From: Octopus bimaculoides
Taxonomy: Eukaryota
DNA: 37,363 nt
Assembly (NCBI RefSeq): GCF_001194135.2
Contig: NC_068982.1
Location: 137,395,607 to 137,432,969, forward strand
Direction of reading: 5' to 3'
Positions 1 to 12,164 of this stretch are shown here, piece by piece. Each line of letters starts with the position of its first letter. Positions within the stretch are counted from its first letter, which is position 1. Position numbers and translations under genes: made by a program. The notes beneath the pieces are model-generated. The model made no database searches, was not told the origin of the DNA, and saw only the letters and a list, made by a program, of their open reading frames with translations.

Positions 1-1088
1 GCTCTAGTTCCTGTCAGAACCAGCTAACAAAGAGATAGAGAGGTGGGGGGTAATGCTATTATCAGAAAGCATTACTTCCTATGATAAATTTGTGGAATCA
101 CTGACAGAGAGAGGAAGGGGTACAAAATATATATGCTATGGTCTTAGCATATCTTTTGACAGGTCACTAAGAGAGAGAGAGAGAGGGGGAAGGAAGGAAG
201 GACAAACTAACATAGATAGGGAGTTAGGGAGTGTCTATATGCTGGATTCTCAAAGCTTTTACTAGTCACTGAGAGAGGGGAAGGGGAGGCAGAATATTTC
301 GAAAACTGGACAGATTATTTTTTGCAAGAAAGTAACTATTTTATCTAATTTTCCAATTATATAACAGGGCATGCGGCGCATAACTTGCATGGCTGAGACT
401 GCATGCCACTGATATATATATATATATTTATATAGTGAGAGAGAGAGAGAGTATAGAGGTATGTACATATCATCGTCATTTAATATCTGTTGTCCATGCT
501 AGCATGGGTTAGATGGTTTGACCAGGGCTGGCAAGCTAGAAGGCTGCACCAAACTCCAGTCTGATTTGGCATGGTTTCTATGAGTGGATGCCCTTCCTAA
601 TGCCAACCACTCCGGGAGTGTAATGGGTGCTTTTTACATGACACCAGTATCTGCCATGACTATATATATATTTATATATNNNNNNNNNNCAAGGTGCCAT
701 TCAGTGAGCCTGAACCCGGAATCACTTGGTTGAGAAATGAACCTTTTAACCACCCAGACATGCCTATACCTATATAAGCAAATATCAAACGACATTGAAG
801 ATGACCTAAAAGTATACCAACTGCTTAATGGCCCACAAATAGAAAAGGTCTGAGGCCCTCTGAGAATATCCCAGGGACCCACCTGTTACTGACTACTATT
901 GTAACTGCCTCCTTGCTTTCTGGTTTTTCTATAAAGTGTGTCCAGGAAATTTGCTGTAAACATTTTTGCTGTAGGAAAATTTTCCATAAGGTATATTCGC
1001 CACATGGGCAATGATTAAGCTTGTTATATCAGCATTTTTAACATTAAATAATGATGATAAAAGCTTTTATGACCCCTTAAATAGGTTA

Positions 1089-1249
1089 TCGAAATATCAG
1101 GCAATATTTCTTTTTTATCTGTTATCTGCTGACATCTTTAAACATTGGTGCAATGTCAGTTTATGAAGATGTTGATGGATAACATGCGTGCACACACACA
1201 CACACACACGCGCACACACACACTGAAATGGACTCAGACATGCTCATAA

Positions 1250-1299
<50 letters not shown>

Positions 1300-1502
1300 A
1301 AATAAGCAACAGGATATCAAGAAGTGATGCAGCACAACCATTTCAAGTAGCTCTATTTAATTGACCAATGCAATGATTACATCAATTTAAATGCAGGAGT
1401 ATCATCAGCTATAGAATTTTAATCAGTTGGACACATTAATATAATTTTTCTCAAATACTTTAACAGAGCAAGAAGATGGAAGAAGTCCATGTTGTCACTA
1501 TT
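1089..1502 (+). repeat. Local duplicate of 2474-2910 (end of a FOXRED1 exon plus downstream intron)
   Basis: Same order of sequence: tcgaaatatca.gcaatattt, then ttatctgttatctg.tgacatctttaaacattgg...(CA)n...(TA)n...gttgtcactatt. The splice donor region is deleted in the upstream copy. Confidence 0.9.
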
Positions 1503-1865
1503 GTAGCTAAGAATAAACTACACATCCGAGAAAGGCATGAAGCTTACTGGGGTCATAGCTTGTAAAGGATTGTGGTTCATTTCTAATTTATTTGTCTTTT
1601 TATCAACTACTAAATCTAAGACTAGAGTACTGTGTCTGTTTGAAATGTAGGGCAAGAGTGAGTTGAAAGCTCATGGCTAGGTATGGTCATAAATATTGTC
1701 AAGATATTAGGAATAGTAAATATATATACACAGGTATAAGGTTGTAATGAAACTTCTTCAAGGACAAACATTAAAATAATGCGATGAGGTCATTTAAAAT
1801 GTATGAAAATTTCAAGCAATGCTGCACAAATAATATACTTTTAACTGAAGATATATTTCGTTTTA

Positions 1866-2242
1866 GTGGAGGCGCAATGGCCCAGTGGTTAGGGCAGCGG
1901 ACTCGCGGTCATAGGATCACGGTTTCGATTCCCAGACCCGGCGTTGTGAGTGTTTATTGAGCGAAAACACCTAAAGCTCCACGAGGCTCCGGTAGGGGAT
2001 GGTGGTGAACCCTGCTGTACTCTTTCGCCACAACTTTCTCAAACTCTTACTTCCTGTTTCTGCCTGTAATTCAAAGGGCCAGCCTTGTCACACTGTGTCA
2101 TGCTGAATATCCCCGAGAACTACGTTAAGGGTACACGTGTCTGTGGAGTGCTCAGCCACTTGCACATTAATTTCATGAGCAGGCTGTTCCGTTGATCGGA
2201 TCAACTGGAACCCTCAAAGTCGTAAGCGACGGAGTGCCAACA
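1866..2242 (+). mobile_element. Full-length tRNA-derived SINE with 13-bp target-site duplication
   Basis: A-box-like TGGCCCAGTGG and B-box-like GGTTTCGATTCC. Direct repeat atatttcgtttta at 1853-1865 and 2243-2255. Many CpGs are retained. Confidence 0.88.
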
Positions 2243-2375
2243 ATATTTCGTTTTACAGCAAATTTTCCCAAAATGAAATTTCTTATGGTTAATTTTTCTC
2301 TGGCTAAAATGTTTGCAGCGAAATTTCCTGTGACCCCTATAAAGACTGTAATTTGTATGTTTTCTTTAATTTTAG

Positions 2376-2505
2376 TACACGAGAGCTGCCAGTGCGTTGT
2401 CCTGTGGGGGACTACGTCACCAGTTTTCTTTACCCGAGAATGTGAAGCTTTCAATGTTTACTTCACAATTCCTTCGAAATATCAAGCAATATTTAAGTGT
2501 TTTAG
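2376..2505 (+). CDS. FOXRED1: FAD-dependent oxidoreductase domain-containing protein 1, first visible exon (upstream exons lie outside the window)
   Basis: ttttag|TAC...TTAG|gtgagt. Translates YTRAASALSCGGLRHQFSLPENVKLSMFTSQFLRNIKQYLSVL, matching the FOXRED1 S..GG..QFSLPEN segment as I recall it. 130 nt, phase 0 to 1. Confidence 0.92.
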
Positions 2506-2664
2506 GTGAGTGACAACATTTCAGATCTTACTTTGTTATCTGTTATCTGATGACATCTTTAAACATTGGTGCAATGTCAGTTTATGAAGATGTTGATGGT
2601 ATAACATGTATGCACACACACACACACTGAAATGGACTCAGACATGCTCATAAATACATACAAA

Positions 2665-2695
<31 letters not shown>

Positions 2696-3158
2696 CAAAA
2701 TAAGCTACAGGATATCAAGAAGTGATGCAGCACAACCATTTCAAGCAGCTCCATTTAATTGACCAATGCAATAATTACATCAATTTAAATGCAGGGCTAT
2801 CATCAGCTGCACAAATAAATAGAATTTTAATCAGTTGGACACATTAATATGATTTTTCTCAAATATTTTAACAGAGCAAGAAGATGGAAAAAATCCATGT
2901 TGTCACTATTATATAGTTATAAAACGAACTTTTGGATGGAAATTCATAAATCCTTTAACGCATTTCTACATATGTGTGTGTATGTCAGTGGGTGAGTGAC
3001 AATGAGCTTCCATACAGTTTCTGGGCACAGGTCGGTTTGAGGCATGGGTTGGACAGTTTGACAGGAGCTGGCCAAGCAGAAACCTGCACCATACTTTTGT
3101 GTCTGTTTGGGCACAGTTTTACAGTCATGCTTTCATTTTCTTTCTTCTCTCCTCACAG

Positions 3159-3258
3159 ATATGGACCCTCCTGATGTTCAGTTCAATCATCAGGGATATT
3201 TATTCTTGGCCACACCTGCTGGATCAGAACAACTTGCAAAGAATGTCAAAATGCAGAG
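3159..3258 (+). CDS. FOXRED1: FOXRED1 exon
   Basis: cacag|AT ATG...CAG AG|gtaatt. (D)MDPPDVQFNHQGYLFLATPAGSEQLAKNVKMQ(R). Phases fit both neighbouring exons. Confidence 0.93.
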
Positions 3259-3624
3259 GTAATTTAGCCACTCCTACTCCTTCATATATCTATCTCTTCC
3301 TTCTACTCTATATTTCCCCACTATCTCCACTCTGTCTTTTATTCTGAACCCTTTTCTTAGTTTATTCTTTCTTTCATTCTTTTTCCCCAGATTCATAAGT
3401 CTCTAGGATTTCCTCTCAGCTCTCGTATTTCTTGTCATTCATTATTTTGTATCAATTCAAACTACATACGTGGTTTGAATTATCTTTGAAAATAGTCAAG
3501 AATTTAAAGAGATTTAATAACAATAACTAACTTTAAATCTATAGAGGCTTGTGTTTGGAACATAGCTTCATGGATGATTCTCACAAAATTATAGTGAGAA
3601 ATTTTAATTTATATACATTTGCCA

Positions 3625-3990
3625 GTAGAGTGCTAACAGCACCATCCGAGCGGGATCTCTGCCAGAGCAGCGGGATCTCTGCCAGAGCAGCGGTCTCACT
3701 TCTGTGCCGGTGGCATGTGAACAAAACATTGGACTGACTCCTGTGCAGGTGGCATGTAAACAACACCATTTGAGCATGGCCGTTGCCAGTACCACTGGAC
3801 TGGCCCTCGTGCCGGTGGCACGTAAAAAGCACCCACTACACTTTCTGAGTGGTTGGCGTTAGGAAGGGCATCCAGCTGTAGAAACTCTGCCAGATCAGAT
3901 TGGAGTCTGGTGTAGCCATCTGGTTCGCCAGTCCCCAGTCAGTTCGTCCAACCCATGCTAGCATGGAAAGCAGACTTTCAATGATGATGA
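3625..3990 (+). mobile_element. 5'-truncated RTE-type LINE 3' end with (GAT)n tail; representative copy
   Basis: Shares gagtggttggcgttaggaagggcatccagc...ccatgctagcatggaaag...gatgatgat with copies at about 470-660, 4826-4915, 6650-7050, 7985-8455, 9170-9390, 15430-15620, 24115-24345, 24938-25251, 27062-27290, 29200-29480, 29800-30030, 32540-32644 and 33995-34630. Confidence 0.8.
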
Positions 3991-5156
3991 TTTTTAAACT
4001 TATATAAATTATATAACATTCTGTTGTGTCTAGGGAGACTCATTATACCAATATTACTAACACACACGCTGTAGGTATGTGGATGACATCAATATTCTAC
4101 TTAAAACAGAAGAAAATAAAAAAAAAAATAATGACTCTCCATAGACACAACAACATTTGTTTCTACACAGGAATTCACACAAAGAATCTTGCAAACCAGA
4201 TGCAAAAACGAAGCATTTATGAATACTTCAAGATGAAAGGTTTTATTATATTAGAACAGAGCAGATTGGTGTCAAAGCAAATTCTGCTTTAAAATTAATA
4301 TTTTCCATTGTCTGGTGATCAGTGAATGAGTAATAAAGTAGCGCCTCCTATTACAACTCCAACCAATCCATTATAACGAAATTTGATAGATAGAAACTAT
4401 GTGTGTGCGCACATGCGTGTATGTACATGTATCTGTGTGAATTGTTATGATCTGCAATAGCTCTGTCAGTGTTTATGGGCTGGCGTAACCTGTGACATTT
4501 GCTGATATATCCTATCAACAAATTGTCTGCTAGCTGTTCACACCAAATGCAGGTTGCATTTATCAGGCTTATTTATCAGTTTTCATTCATGAAGCCAAGC
4601 CATCACGATTGCGATGACTGAAGAATAAAGACAGGATGGTTAAAGCTGGAACAGTTTCAGCCATAGGTTTGCTCAATCAAGTACAAATGTCTTGTTTTCA
4701 TAAGTTTTGAATTAGAATCTTCCACCAAACCTTAGTTACAATTTATGTTCCCAACACTGGCTTAATGATAACTTAAAATTTTGGTACCATTCACTATTCT
4801 TTAGTGTATCACAAAATATATATGTGTCATCGTCATTTAACGTCCGCTTTACATGCTGGCATCAGACTTCAGTCTGGCAAGCCAGAAGGCTGTACCAGGC
4901 TCCAATCTGAGTTATTTTACTAAATTCTTTGTTATATTTAAAGTAATTGAAAAAAACACAGAGCATCTCAAAATAAATACAGTAATGAAAGAGTTGAGTG
5001 GCACTTGCACTGACAGGGTCACCAAGTAACATGTGAGACAAAAATCAGAGCTATAGTAGAAGACACTTGCCCAAGATGCCACATAATTACCTCATCTATA
5101 TAAAATCTGCTTCTGGTTTTTGAATAAATTAAAAATTCTGTCTTTTCTGTTAACAG

Positions 5157-5251
5157 AGAAAATGGTGCCAAAATTGAACTACTGAGTCGTGATCTTCTGG
5201 CCAAAAAATTTCCTTGGCTGAATGTAAATGGAATTGAACTGGCCTCATATG
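5157..5251 (+). CDS. FOXRED1: FOXRED1 exon
   Basis: aacag|A GAA...TAT G|gtaact. ENGAKIELLSRDLLAKKFPWLNVNGIELASY(G), containing the KFPW.N motif. Confidence 0.93.
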
Positions 5252-5322
5252 GTAACTACATGTTTTTTGTTATTTTTGTTTATATTATTTTGCGTAAATA
5301 TGTATTTTGTATTCTTTTATTT

Positions 5323-5510
5323 GTTTCAGTCATTTGACTGTGGCCATGCTAGAGCACCAGCTTTAACCGAACAAATCAACCCCAGGACTTATTCTTTTGT
5401 AAGCCTAGTACTTATTCTATTGGTCTCTTTTGCCGAACTGCTAAGTTACAGGGACGTAAACACACCAACATCGGTTGTCAAGCGATGGTGAGGGAGACAA
5501 ACACAGACAC

Positions 5511-5571
<61 letters not shown>

Positions 5572-5740
5572 CATACATACGACAAGCTTCTTTCAGTTTC
5601 CGCCTACCAAATCCACTCACAAGGCTTTGGTCGGCCCAAGGCTGTAGTAGAAAACACTTGTCCAAGGTGCCATGAAGTGGTACTGAACTCGGAACCATGT
5701 GGTTGGTAAGCAAGCTACTTACCACACAGCCACTCCTGCA
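5323..5740 (-). mobile_element. CORE-type tRNA-SINE with internal (TA)n; representative full-length copy
   Basis: tRNA-like head (gtgtggtaag...ggttccgagttcagt), then a CORE-like gtggcaccttgggcaagtgtc, then a microsatellite and conserved tail. Other copies at about 11220-11370, 13270-13385, 13550-13700, 14915-15030, 17490-17790, 17902-18425, 18659-18975 (two tandem heads), 23970-24110, 28840-28990 and 33315-33600. Confidence 0.8.
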
Positions 5741-5768
5741 CCTATTATACACACACACACACACACAA

Positions 5769-5977
5769 GGGGGTGCTGATAAGTTCCTGGCTTTGGGTAA
5801 AAGAAAATACATGAGGGTCAATTAATTATGATTTTATCCAACATATTCCCCTCTCAGATTCACACACTTATTGCAGTGGTCCTTCAGTTTTTCTAAGCTC
5901 TGTGAAAGAACTTGAAAGGTTGAGCCTCCAACCAGGCCTTTTGCGATACCCTTAAAGCCAGGAATTTTTCAGCACCC
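5769..5977. mobile_element. Tc1/mariner-type MITE
   Basis: 24-bp TIRs gggtgctgataagttcctggcttt (5771-5794) and aaagccaggaatttttcagcaccc (5954-5977), with 2 mismatches. TA follows the right end. No ORF. Confidence 0.8.
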
Positions 5978-6252
5978 TATCATATATATATACACCAATC
6001 CATTGGTCAAATAATTTTATTTGGTTTAACATAAGATTTGTTGTTTAACTTTGCCGATTGTTGACAATAGTCTTGGTCAAGTGTGACCGTTAATGGTTTC
6101 TCTGTCTCTCATTAAAATCACAGCCTCCAACCATTATGTCAACTGATAAGCCAAATTAGTTTGTTTTACATATATAATGGCTACATATAGAGCTCACTGC
6201 TCTTTGTTCCTGCTCTTTCTGTCTATCTATCTATCTATCTATCTATCTATGC

Positions 6253-6287
<35 letters not shown>

Positions 6288-7136
6288 TCTATCTATTTAT
6301 TTATCTATCTATCTATCTAGCTCTGTCTTTTTCTCTTTTTCCCCTCTCTCTACCCCCTTTATATATATATATATATATATATATACAATCTCTCTCTCTC
6401 TTCCTCTGTCTTTCTGTTTCTCCCCTCCCATCTCTCTCTCACTCTCTCTCTTCCCCTTTAATTACCTGATTTCTATATTAGAAAGATAAGACCCCATTTC
6501 AATCTTGACAGTTTCAAGTGTGCTGTATTTGCACAATCAACAGGGTGGTACAGACTGTGTTAACAACACTAATGCCCCACTCTTGGCTTTTATTGTGGTT
6601 AAATGGTTAAAGTAGGCTAGAGAGGGGAAAGAGAGAATAGGCGATTAATAATCATCATAATCGTTTAACGTCCGCTTTCCATGCTAGCATGGGTTGGACG
6701 ATTTGACTGGGGACTGGCGAACTAGATGGCTATACCAGGCTCCAATCCGATCTGGCAGAGTTTCTACAGCTGGATTCCCTTTCTAACGCCAACCACTCCA
6801 AGAGTGTAGTGGGTGCTTTTACGTGTCACCGGCATGAGGGCCAGTCCGGCAGTACTGGCAACAACAACGCTCAAAATGGTGGTTTTTACGTGCCACCTGC
6901 ACAGGAGCCAGTCCAGCGGCACTGGCAGCGACCTCGCTCAAATGTTTTTTTACGTGCCACCGGCACATGTGCCAGTAAGGCGACGCTGGTAACGATCACG
7001 CTCAAATGGTGCTTTTTACGTGCCACCTGCACGGAAGCCAGACAGCTGCTCTCGCAATGTAATAATAATGATAATAATAATAATAATAGCAATGATGTTC
7101 AGTATTGAGTTTATCTTATTCTTCGTTTATTTCCAG

Positions 7137-7312
7137 GACTTGAAGGTGAAGGTTGGTTTGATTCATGGACTCTAATACGAGCTCTGAAACAAAAAAATTT
7201 GTCTCTTGGTGTAAGATATGTCACTGGTGAAGCAGTTGGATTTGATCTGACATCATATGTTGAACATAGCAGTGAAGGTCTTGTAACAAAAAATAAGTTA
7301 GACTGTGTACAG
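7137..7312 (+). CDS. FOXRED1: FOXRED1 exon
   Basis: ttccag|GA CTT...GTA CAG|gtaaat. LEGEGWFDSWTLIRALKQKNLSLGVRYVTGEAVGF..., containing the EGWFD motif. Confidence 0.93.
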
Positions 7313-8611
7313 GTAAATTATACGCTGGTTTCTTTTCCATTATTACAAGAAAAGGATCTACATTTTAAGAGAGGTAAAATGTGAACTGGTGATGTTCATT
7401 CCTTTTCCTTGAACATTTGTAGCAAAGCTAAAGTGAAAAGCCAATGCAGAAACATGGGTTTCATTCATCAGGAATTCAACTCGTATTTTATAATCCTTTC
7501 TACTTTAAGCACAAGGCCTGAAATTTTGGCGGATGAGGCTAGTTGTTTCCATCAGCCTCAGTGCTCAACTGGTACTTAATTTATCAATCCCAAAAGGATG
7601 AAAAGCAAAAGATGAGCTCGGCAGAAACAGTCCCTATGACTCCACCAGGAGTTAAGGGTCCAAGGCAAAGCGATTCAGGACCTCATATTCTACAGTACTC
7701 TGTTGTTCTTCATTCGCAGCAGAATTAACTAGTATTTCCTACCCTCAGAACTCAATAGTATCTTTTGTTCTATAATACTAACTAGCTAGCTGGTACCTTT
7801 TACCATTCAGTGATCAATAGTACCTCTTGTTTTAGAATACTAACTGGTATTTCTTGTTCTGCAACCCTTACTTGTACCCACTCATTTATGATACTAACCA
7901 GTAGTACCTTTCGTCTTCAAACCATATGGAGTTCCTGCCCACACATTTACCTGGTGGAAGTAGAGTCCTGTCTGGTTTCCTGCTTATCATCATCATCGTT
8001 TAACGTCTGCTTTCCATGCTAGCATGGGTTGGACGATTTGACTGAGGACTGGCGAACCAGATGGCTGCACCAGGCTCCAATCTGATCTGGCAGAGTTTCT
8101 ACAGCTGGATGCCCTTGCTAACACCAACCACTCCGAGAGTGTAGTGGGTGCTTTTACGTGTCACTGGCATGAGGACCAGTCCACCAGTACTGGCAACGGC
8201 CATACTCAAATGGTGTTTTTTACGTGCCACCTTCACTGGAGTCAGTCCAGCGATATTGGCAACGACCTCGCTCGAATGTTTTGTTCATGTGCCACCGGCA
8301 CAAGCGCCAGTAAGGCGACGCTGGTAATGATCACGCTCAAATGGTGCTTTTTACATGCCACCAGCACGGAAGCCAGACAGCTGCTCTGGCAGTGATCCCG
8401 CTCAGATGATGCTGTTAGCACTCCACTGGCACGGGTGCCAGACATCGAATTTGGTTCCATTTCGATTTCTTACTAGAACGTTATTCTTTACTGAGTTAAC
8501 TTTAAGACCCTTTCATTCCAGGTTAAGGTTAAGGTTCTTGTAATTTCTTTTACAGATTCTGCAGAGGTGATGTTTGACCTAATGTCTGTTACTTTTATTT
8601 TTCTCTTCCAG

Positions 8612-8754
8612 ATAAAATGTGATGATGGAATTTACCACACAAAGTTTGCCATTGTGGTTAACTGTGCTGGACCTTGGGCTGGAGAGGTGGCAGAAATGGC
8701 AGGGATCGGACATGGTAAAGGCCTTTTGTCTCTGCCTTTGCCTGTGGAACCCAG
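8612..8754 (+). CDS. FOXRED1: FOXRED1 exon
   Basis: ttccag|ATA...CCC AG|gtaata. IKCDDGIYHTKFAIVVNCAGPWAGEVAEMAGIGHGKGLLSLPLPVEP(R). Confidence 0.94.
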
Positions 8755-9417
8755 GTAATATAGTAATCATATACATACATACATACATACATATGTGCGT
8801 GTGTGTTTGGCTCTGTATTGAATCTCTTCCATGCAACATTTCTTCCTAATGACCCCTTCATTTATTTGTATCCATTCCTTCCCCTCTACTTCGCACTTTC
8901 CTTTTGCAATCTTGCAAACTTCCCCACCCGTTCACCCTGTCCAATTCTTGGTGTAACTTCAGTGTACAACCTCCCATTCCATCCCCACACCCATCATATT
9001 TTTTCCATTTTCTCTCCTTTCTCACTCTCCTCTCTATCTCTGCCTTCTCTCTGTCTTTCTTCTCTCCTATTGAAGTAACCATGGATTTCCTTTAATGCAA
9101 GACCCCTATTTCTTTCTTTCTATTCATACTTAAACCTTTCATCACCTAGCAGAATGCCACCTCCCTCAGCTGAGGGGTCTTGTCTTGTAAGTTCTTTGGT
9201 GATCTTATTTCAAGTAAGAAGTATCCTAGCCACTCTGTAAAGTGGTTGGCATTAGGAAAGGCATCCTGCCATAACTACCATTCCAAAGAAAGTAGACAAT
9301 AAAGATTGGTGCAGTTCTCTGGCATGCCAGCCTCTGTCAAACTATCCAACCCATACTAGCATGGAAAATGTTAAATGTTAAATGATGATGGTGTATGTAC
9401 ACATACATAAATATATA

Positions 9418-10175
9418 CATTGGGTCATCCCATAAATAATGCAGTTTTTTATACTTTTATTTTTCTAAATTAAGATAAACAAAGTTCTTTTTTTTTATCT
9501 AAAATATGCTTGCCCTCATTTTCTACAATGCTCTTTCATCTCTCTAGTAGACTTGCAAGGCCCCTCTTCCAAAATTCACCTGTCTGTGATGAAAAATACT
9601 CCTCCAGTACTGTTCTGATCTTGTCTACAGAATTCATATTTTTTCCATCTAAATGATTTTGAAGACTGCAAAATAAATGATAATCAGTTGGGGAAATGTC
9701 TGGTGAATATGATGAGTGGGACATCGTTCCCCATTCGAACTTCCCCAGCCTTTGGAATGCCATTCTCACTGTATATAGCCAACCATTATCCTGATGGAAG
9801 AACACCTTTCGTCTTCAAACCAAAGATGGTTGTTTTACTTCTAGCGCTGACTTAAACTGCTCGCAGTAGATCTCCTTTATTATCATTTGGTTTGAGTTTA
9901 AAAGTTCAAAGCGGACTAAACCTTTCATATCCCACCAAACAGATAACAACACTTTACATGGGTGAAAACCATTTTTAGCCTGGGGTGCTGCTGTTTCTCC
10001 TTTTTCTACTCACTGTCTTCGGCACTTGATATTTTTATAGAGAACCCATTTCTTGTCACTATTCAGTACAAAAAAGATTCATTCATGTGACGTGACAGCA
10101 AAGAGGAGCACACATTCACTCTCTGCATGCACTTAGACTCAGAAAGTTTGCGAGGAACCCATTTACCTAATTTAC
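9418..10175 (-). mobile_element. Decayed mariner transposase with one TIR
   Basis: Minus strand reads KLGKWVPRKL...KWVLY...KVLLSVWWDMKG...FHQDN...YSPDISPTDYHLFCSLQNHLDGK, with stops and a deletion at the first catalytic Asp. Mariner-like TIR cattgggtcatcccataaataatgcagttttt next to TA at 9416-9417. Confidence 0.92.
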
Positions 10176-10682
10176 TGACTTTTCTAATGGTTGAATGACC
10201 AAATCCAAATGAAAAGACCAGAAAAAGCTCTAAGGTTTTAGGTTATACCCTTTGTCAAAGACAAATAAAAGCAATAAGAGAAAGAAGAGAAAAACATGCA
10301 ATAGAAATGATAGTAAATTTACAACTGTTTACATTTCAGGCTTGGTGTAAAAAGGAAGTTGGTACTACATTGTGTTCCTGTGTGTCTATGTGTGTGTATA
10401 TATATAAATATATAATGTGAGTGGGTGTATATATGTGTGTGAATGCATGTATTTATGTATGTGTTTATACTCAGTTTTAATTCACTTATGCATCATCCAT
10501 TTGCAATACATGACAGCCTAACACAGACTTTTCCATTGTCATTAAGAGATAATACAATTTGAGATACTATTTCCATGAAATGTGTTATAAATTTCAAGAA
10601 ATAAGTTCATCTCATAATACTACTAGTTATTTTTATAATTATTTTGAACTAGTTATTCACTTATCTATTTGTAATTTTCCAG

Positions 10683-10818
10683 AAAACGCTATGTTTATGT
10701 AGTCCACTGTCCAAAAGGCCCCGGTGTTGATTCTCCATTTGTCATAGATCCAACCAAAATGTATTTTCGACGAGAAGGATTTGGTGGACATTATATTTGT
10801 GGAATGTCGCCAACAGAA
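10683..10818 (+). CDS. FOXRED1: FOXRED1 exon
   Basis: ttccag|A AAA CGC...GAA|gtgagt. [45 protein letters not shown]. Confidence 0.94.
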
Positions 10819-11056
10819 GTGAGTTCATTTGTAATACACTAGTCATGAAATTCTTCATGTACATATATATATATATGTCTCCATCTCCCTATTTAGTTTG
10901 TTTAAGCCTGTTGTTTATATGGACACCTAAGGCTCCATATAAGATTTTATTGTTAAAATTTATGTATAGTGAATCAGTTATACTTCTACAATACATTAAA
11001 TGTTTTAACGATTTTTTTTTGTACGTAATTTCTAATATTTAATTATAAAATTATAA

Positions 11057-11151
11057 TAGGGTTTCTTAAAACATCAAAATAGCTATGAGGGTCTATCCAA
11101 GTAAAATAAGAACCAAAGGCATCTCTACGAAAAAACAGGTTGAGAACCACT
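11057..11151. mobile_element. Possible hAT (Charlie-like) MITE remnant
   Basis: Right end gttgagaaccactg is the reverse complement of CAGTGGTTCTCAAC. The left end agggtttcttaaa is degenerate. Confidence 0.4.
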
Positions 11152-11851
11152 GGTTTAAACCATATCACCCTTTAGTCACTTCTTTACAAATTTACAGATT
11201 ACAAATCTTCCCATGAACATGTTCATCATGTGATTAGGGGCTTCAGTTCCCAACCACATGGTTTCAAGTTCAGTCCAACTGCATGGCCCCTTAAGCAAGT
11301 CTCTTTTACAATAAACCGAAGCCAACCAAAGCTTTGTGAGTGGATTTTGTAGATGAAAGTAAGAAGAAGCTCATCATATATATATATATATATATCTGTG
11401 TGTGTGCGTGTTACTGTGTTTGTTTACATCTGCACTTCTCAGAAAATTGCTCAACTACAGACACTGATGTGGTTGTCAGTGGATCATCTGCTGGCTTTGT
11501 GTCTCTGAAGACATATGAGAAATATGATATCCCTTACAAGAAATATAGATAAGAATTAGCAACAGGCAGAACATAATTTATTTAACCCATGCAAGCATGG
11601 AAAACTGGACATAAAAACAAAGAAAGAAATACACCTCATGACTTGTCACTCTGGTTTTCTTTCTCCCGGTCAGGTTGTCAACTCCTAACAGAAAAAGGGT
11701 CACTGTTTCTATTGACAGGCTGCAGAATTTGAACTTGGAACACACAGAGCCACAATAGATATCACAAGATATATTTCTACTATAACTCTGGGCTGACTAA
11801 TGCCTTGTGAGTGAACTTGGTAGTTGAAAACTGTATGGAAGCCCATTGTAC

Positions 11852-11891
<40 letters not shown>

Positions 11892-12164
11892 GTACTGGGT
11901 GTCAGTTTAGTTGGCTAACCCTTGCCTTTTCCCTAAATTTAGGATCTTGTGCTTATTTAAATATCTTGGGTTTTCCAGTCATGATTTTAAATATCTATCA
12001 AAAGAAATAGAATTAATATTTTCTACAGGTCACATTGCCTCCATAAACTTGACATATTTCAACAAAAAATAGTTCCAAATATGATACTTTTCAGTAAAAG
12101 AGAGATTGTTATATAAATTTGCTCTGTGTAGTTAAGGGTAATCAAATTTTGAGTTGATATATCT

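Noticed and set aside
1866-1945. tRNA gene
   Set aside because: It has A and B boxes but continues into a SINE body with a TSD and has no complete cloverleaf. The same holds for the heads at 28084 and 36040.
8042-8060. CTGAGGA-CTGG-CGAA-CCAG in RTE tails as a ribozyme core
   Set aside because: The hairpin is followed by ATGG rather than GAAA, and there is no helix III or cleavage triplet.
11340-11552. ORF as the missing FOXRED1 exon
   Set aside because: No similarity to the expected EEPD...WP.LA.RVPAFE segment, it ends in a stop, and it begins in a SINE.
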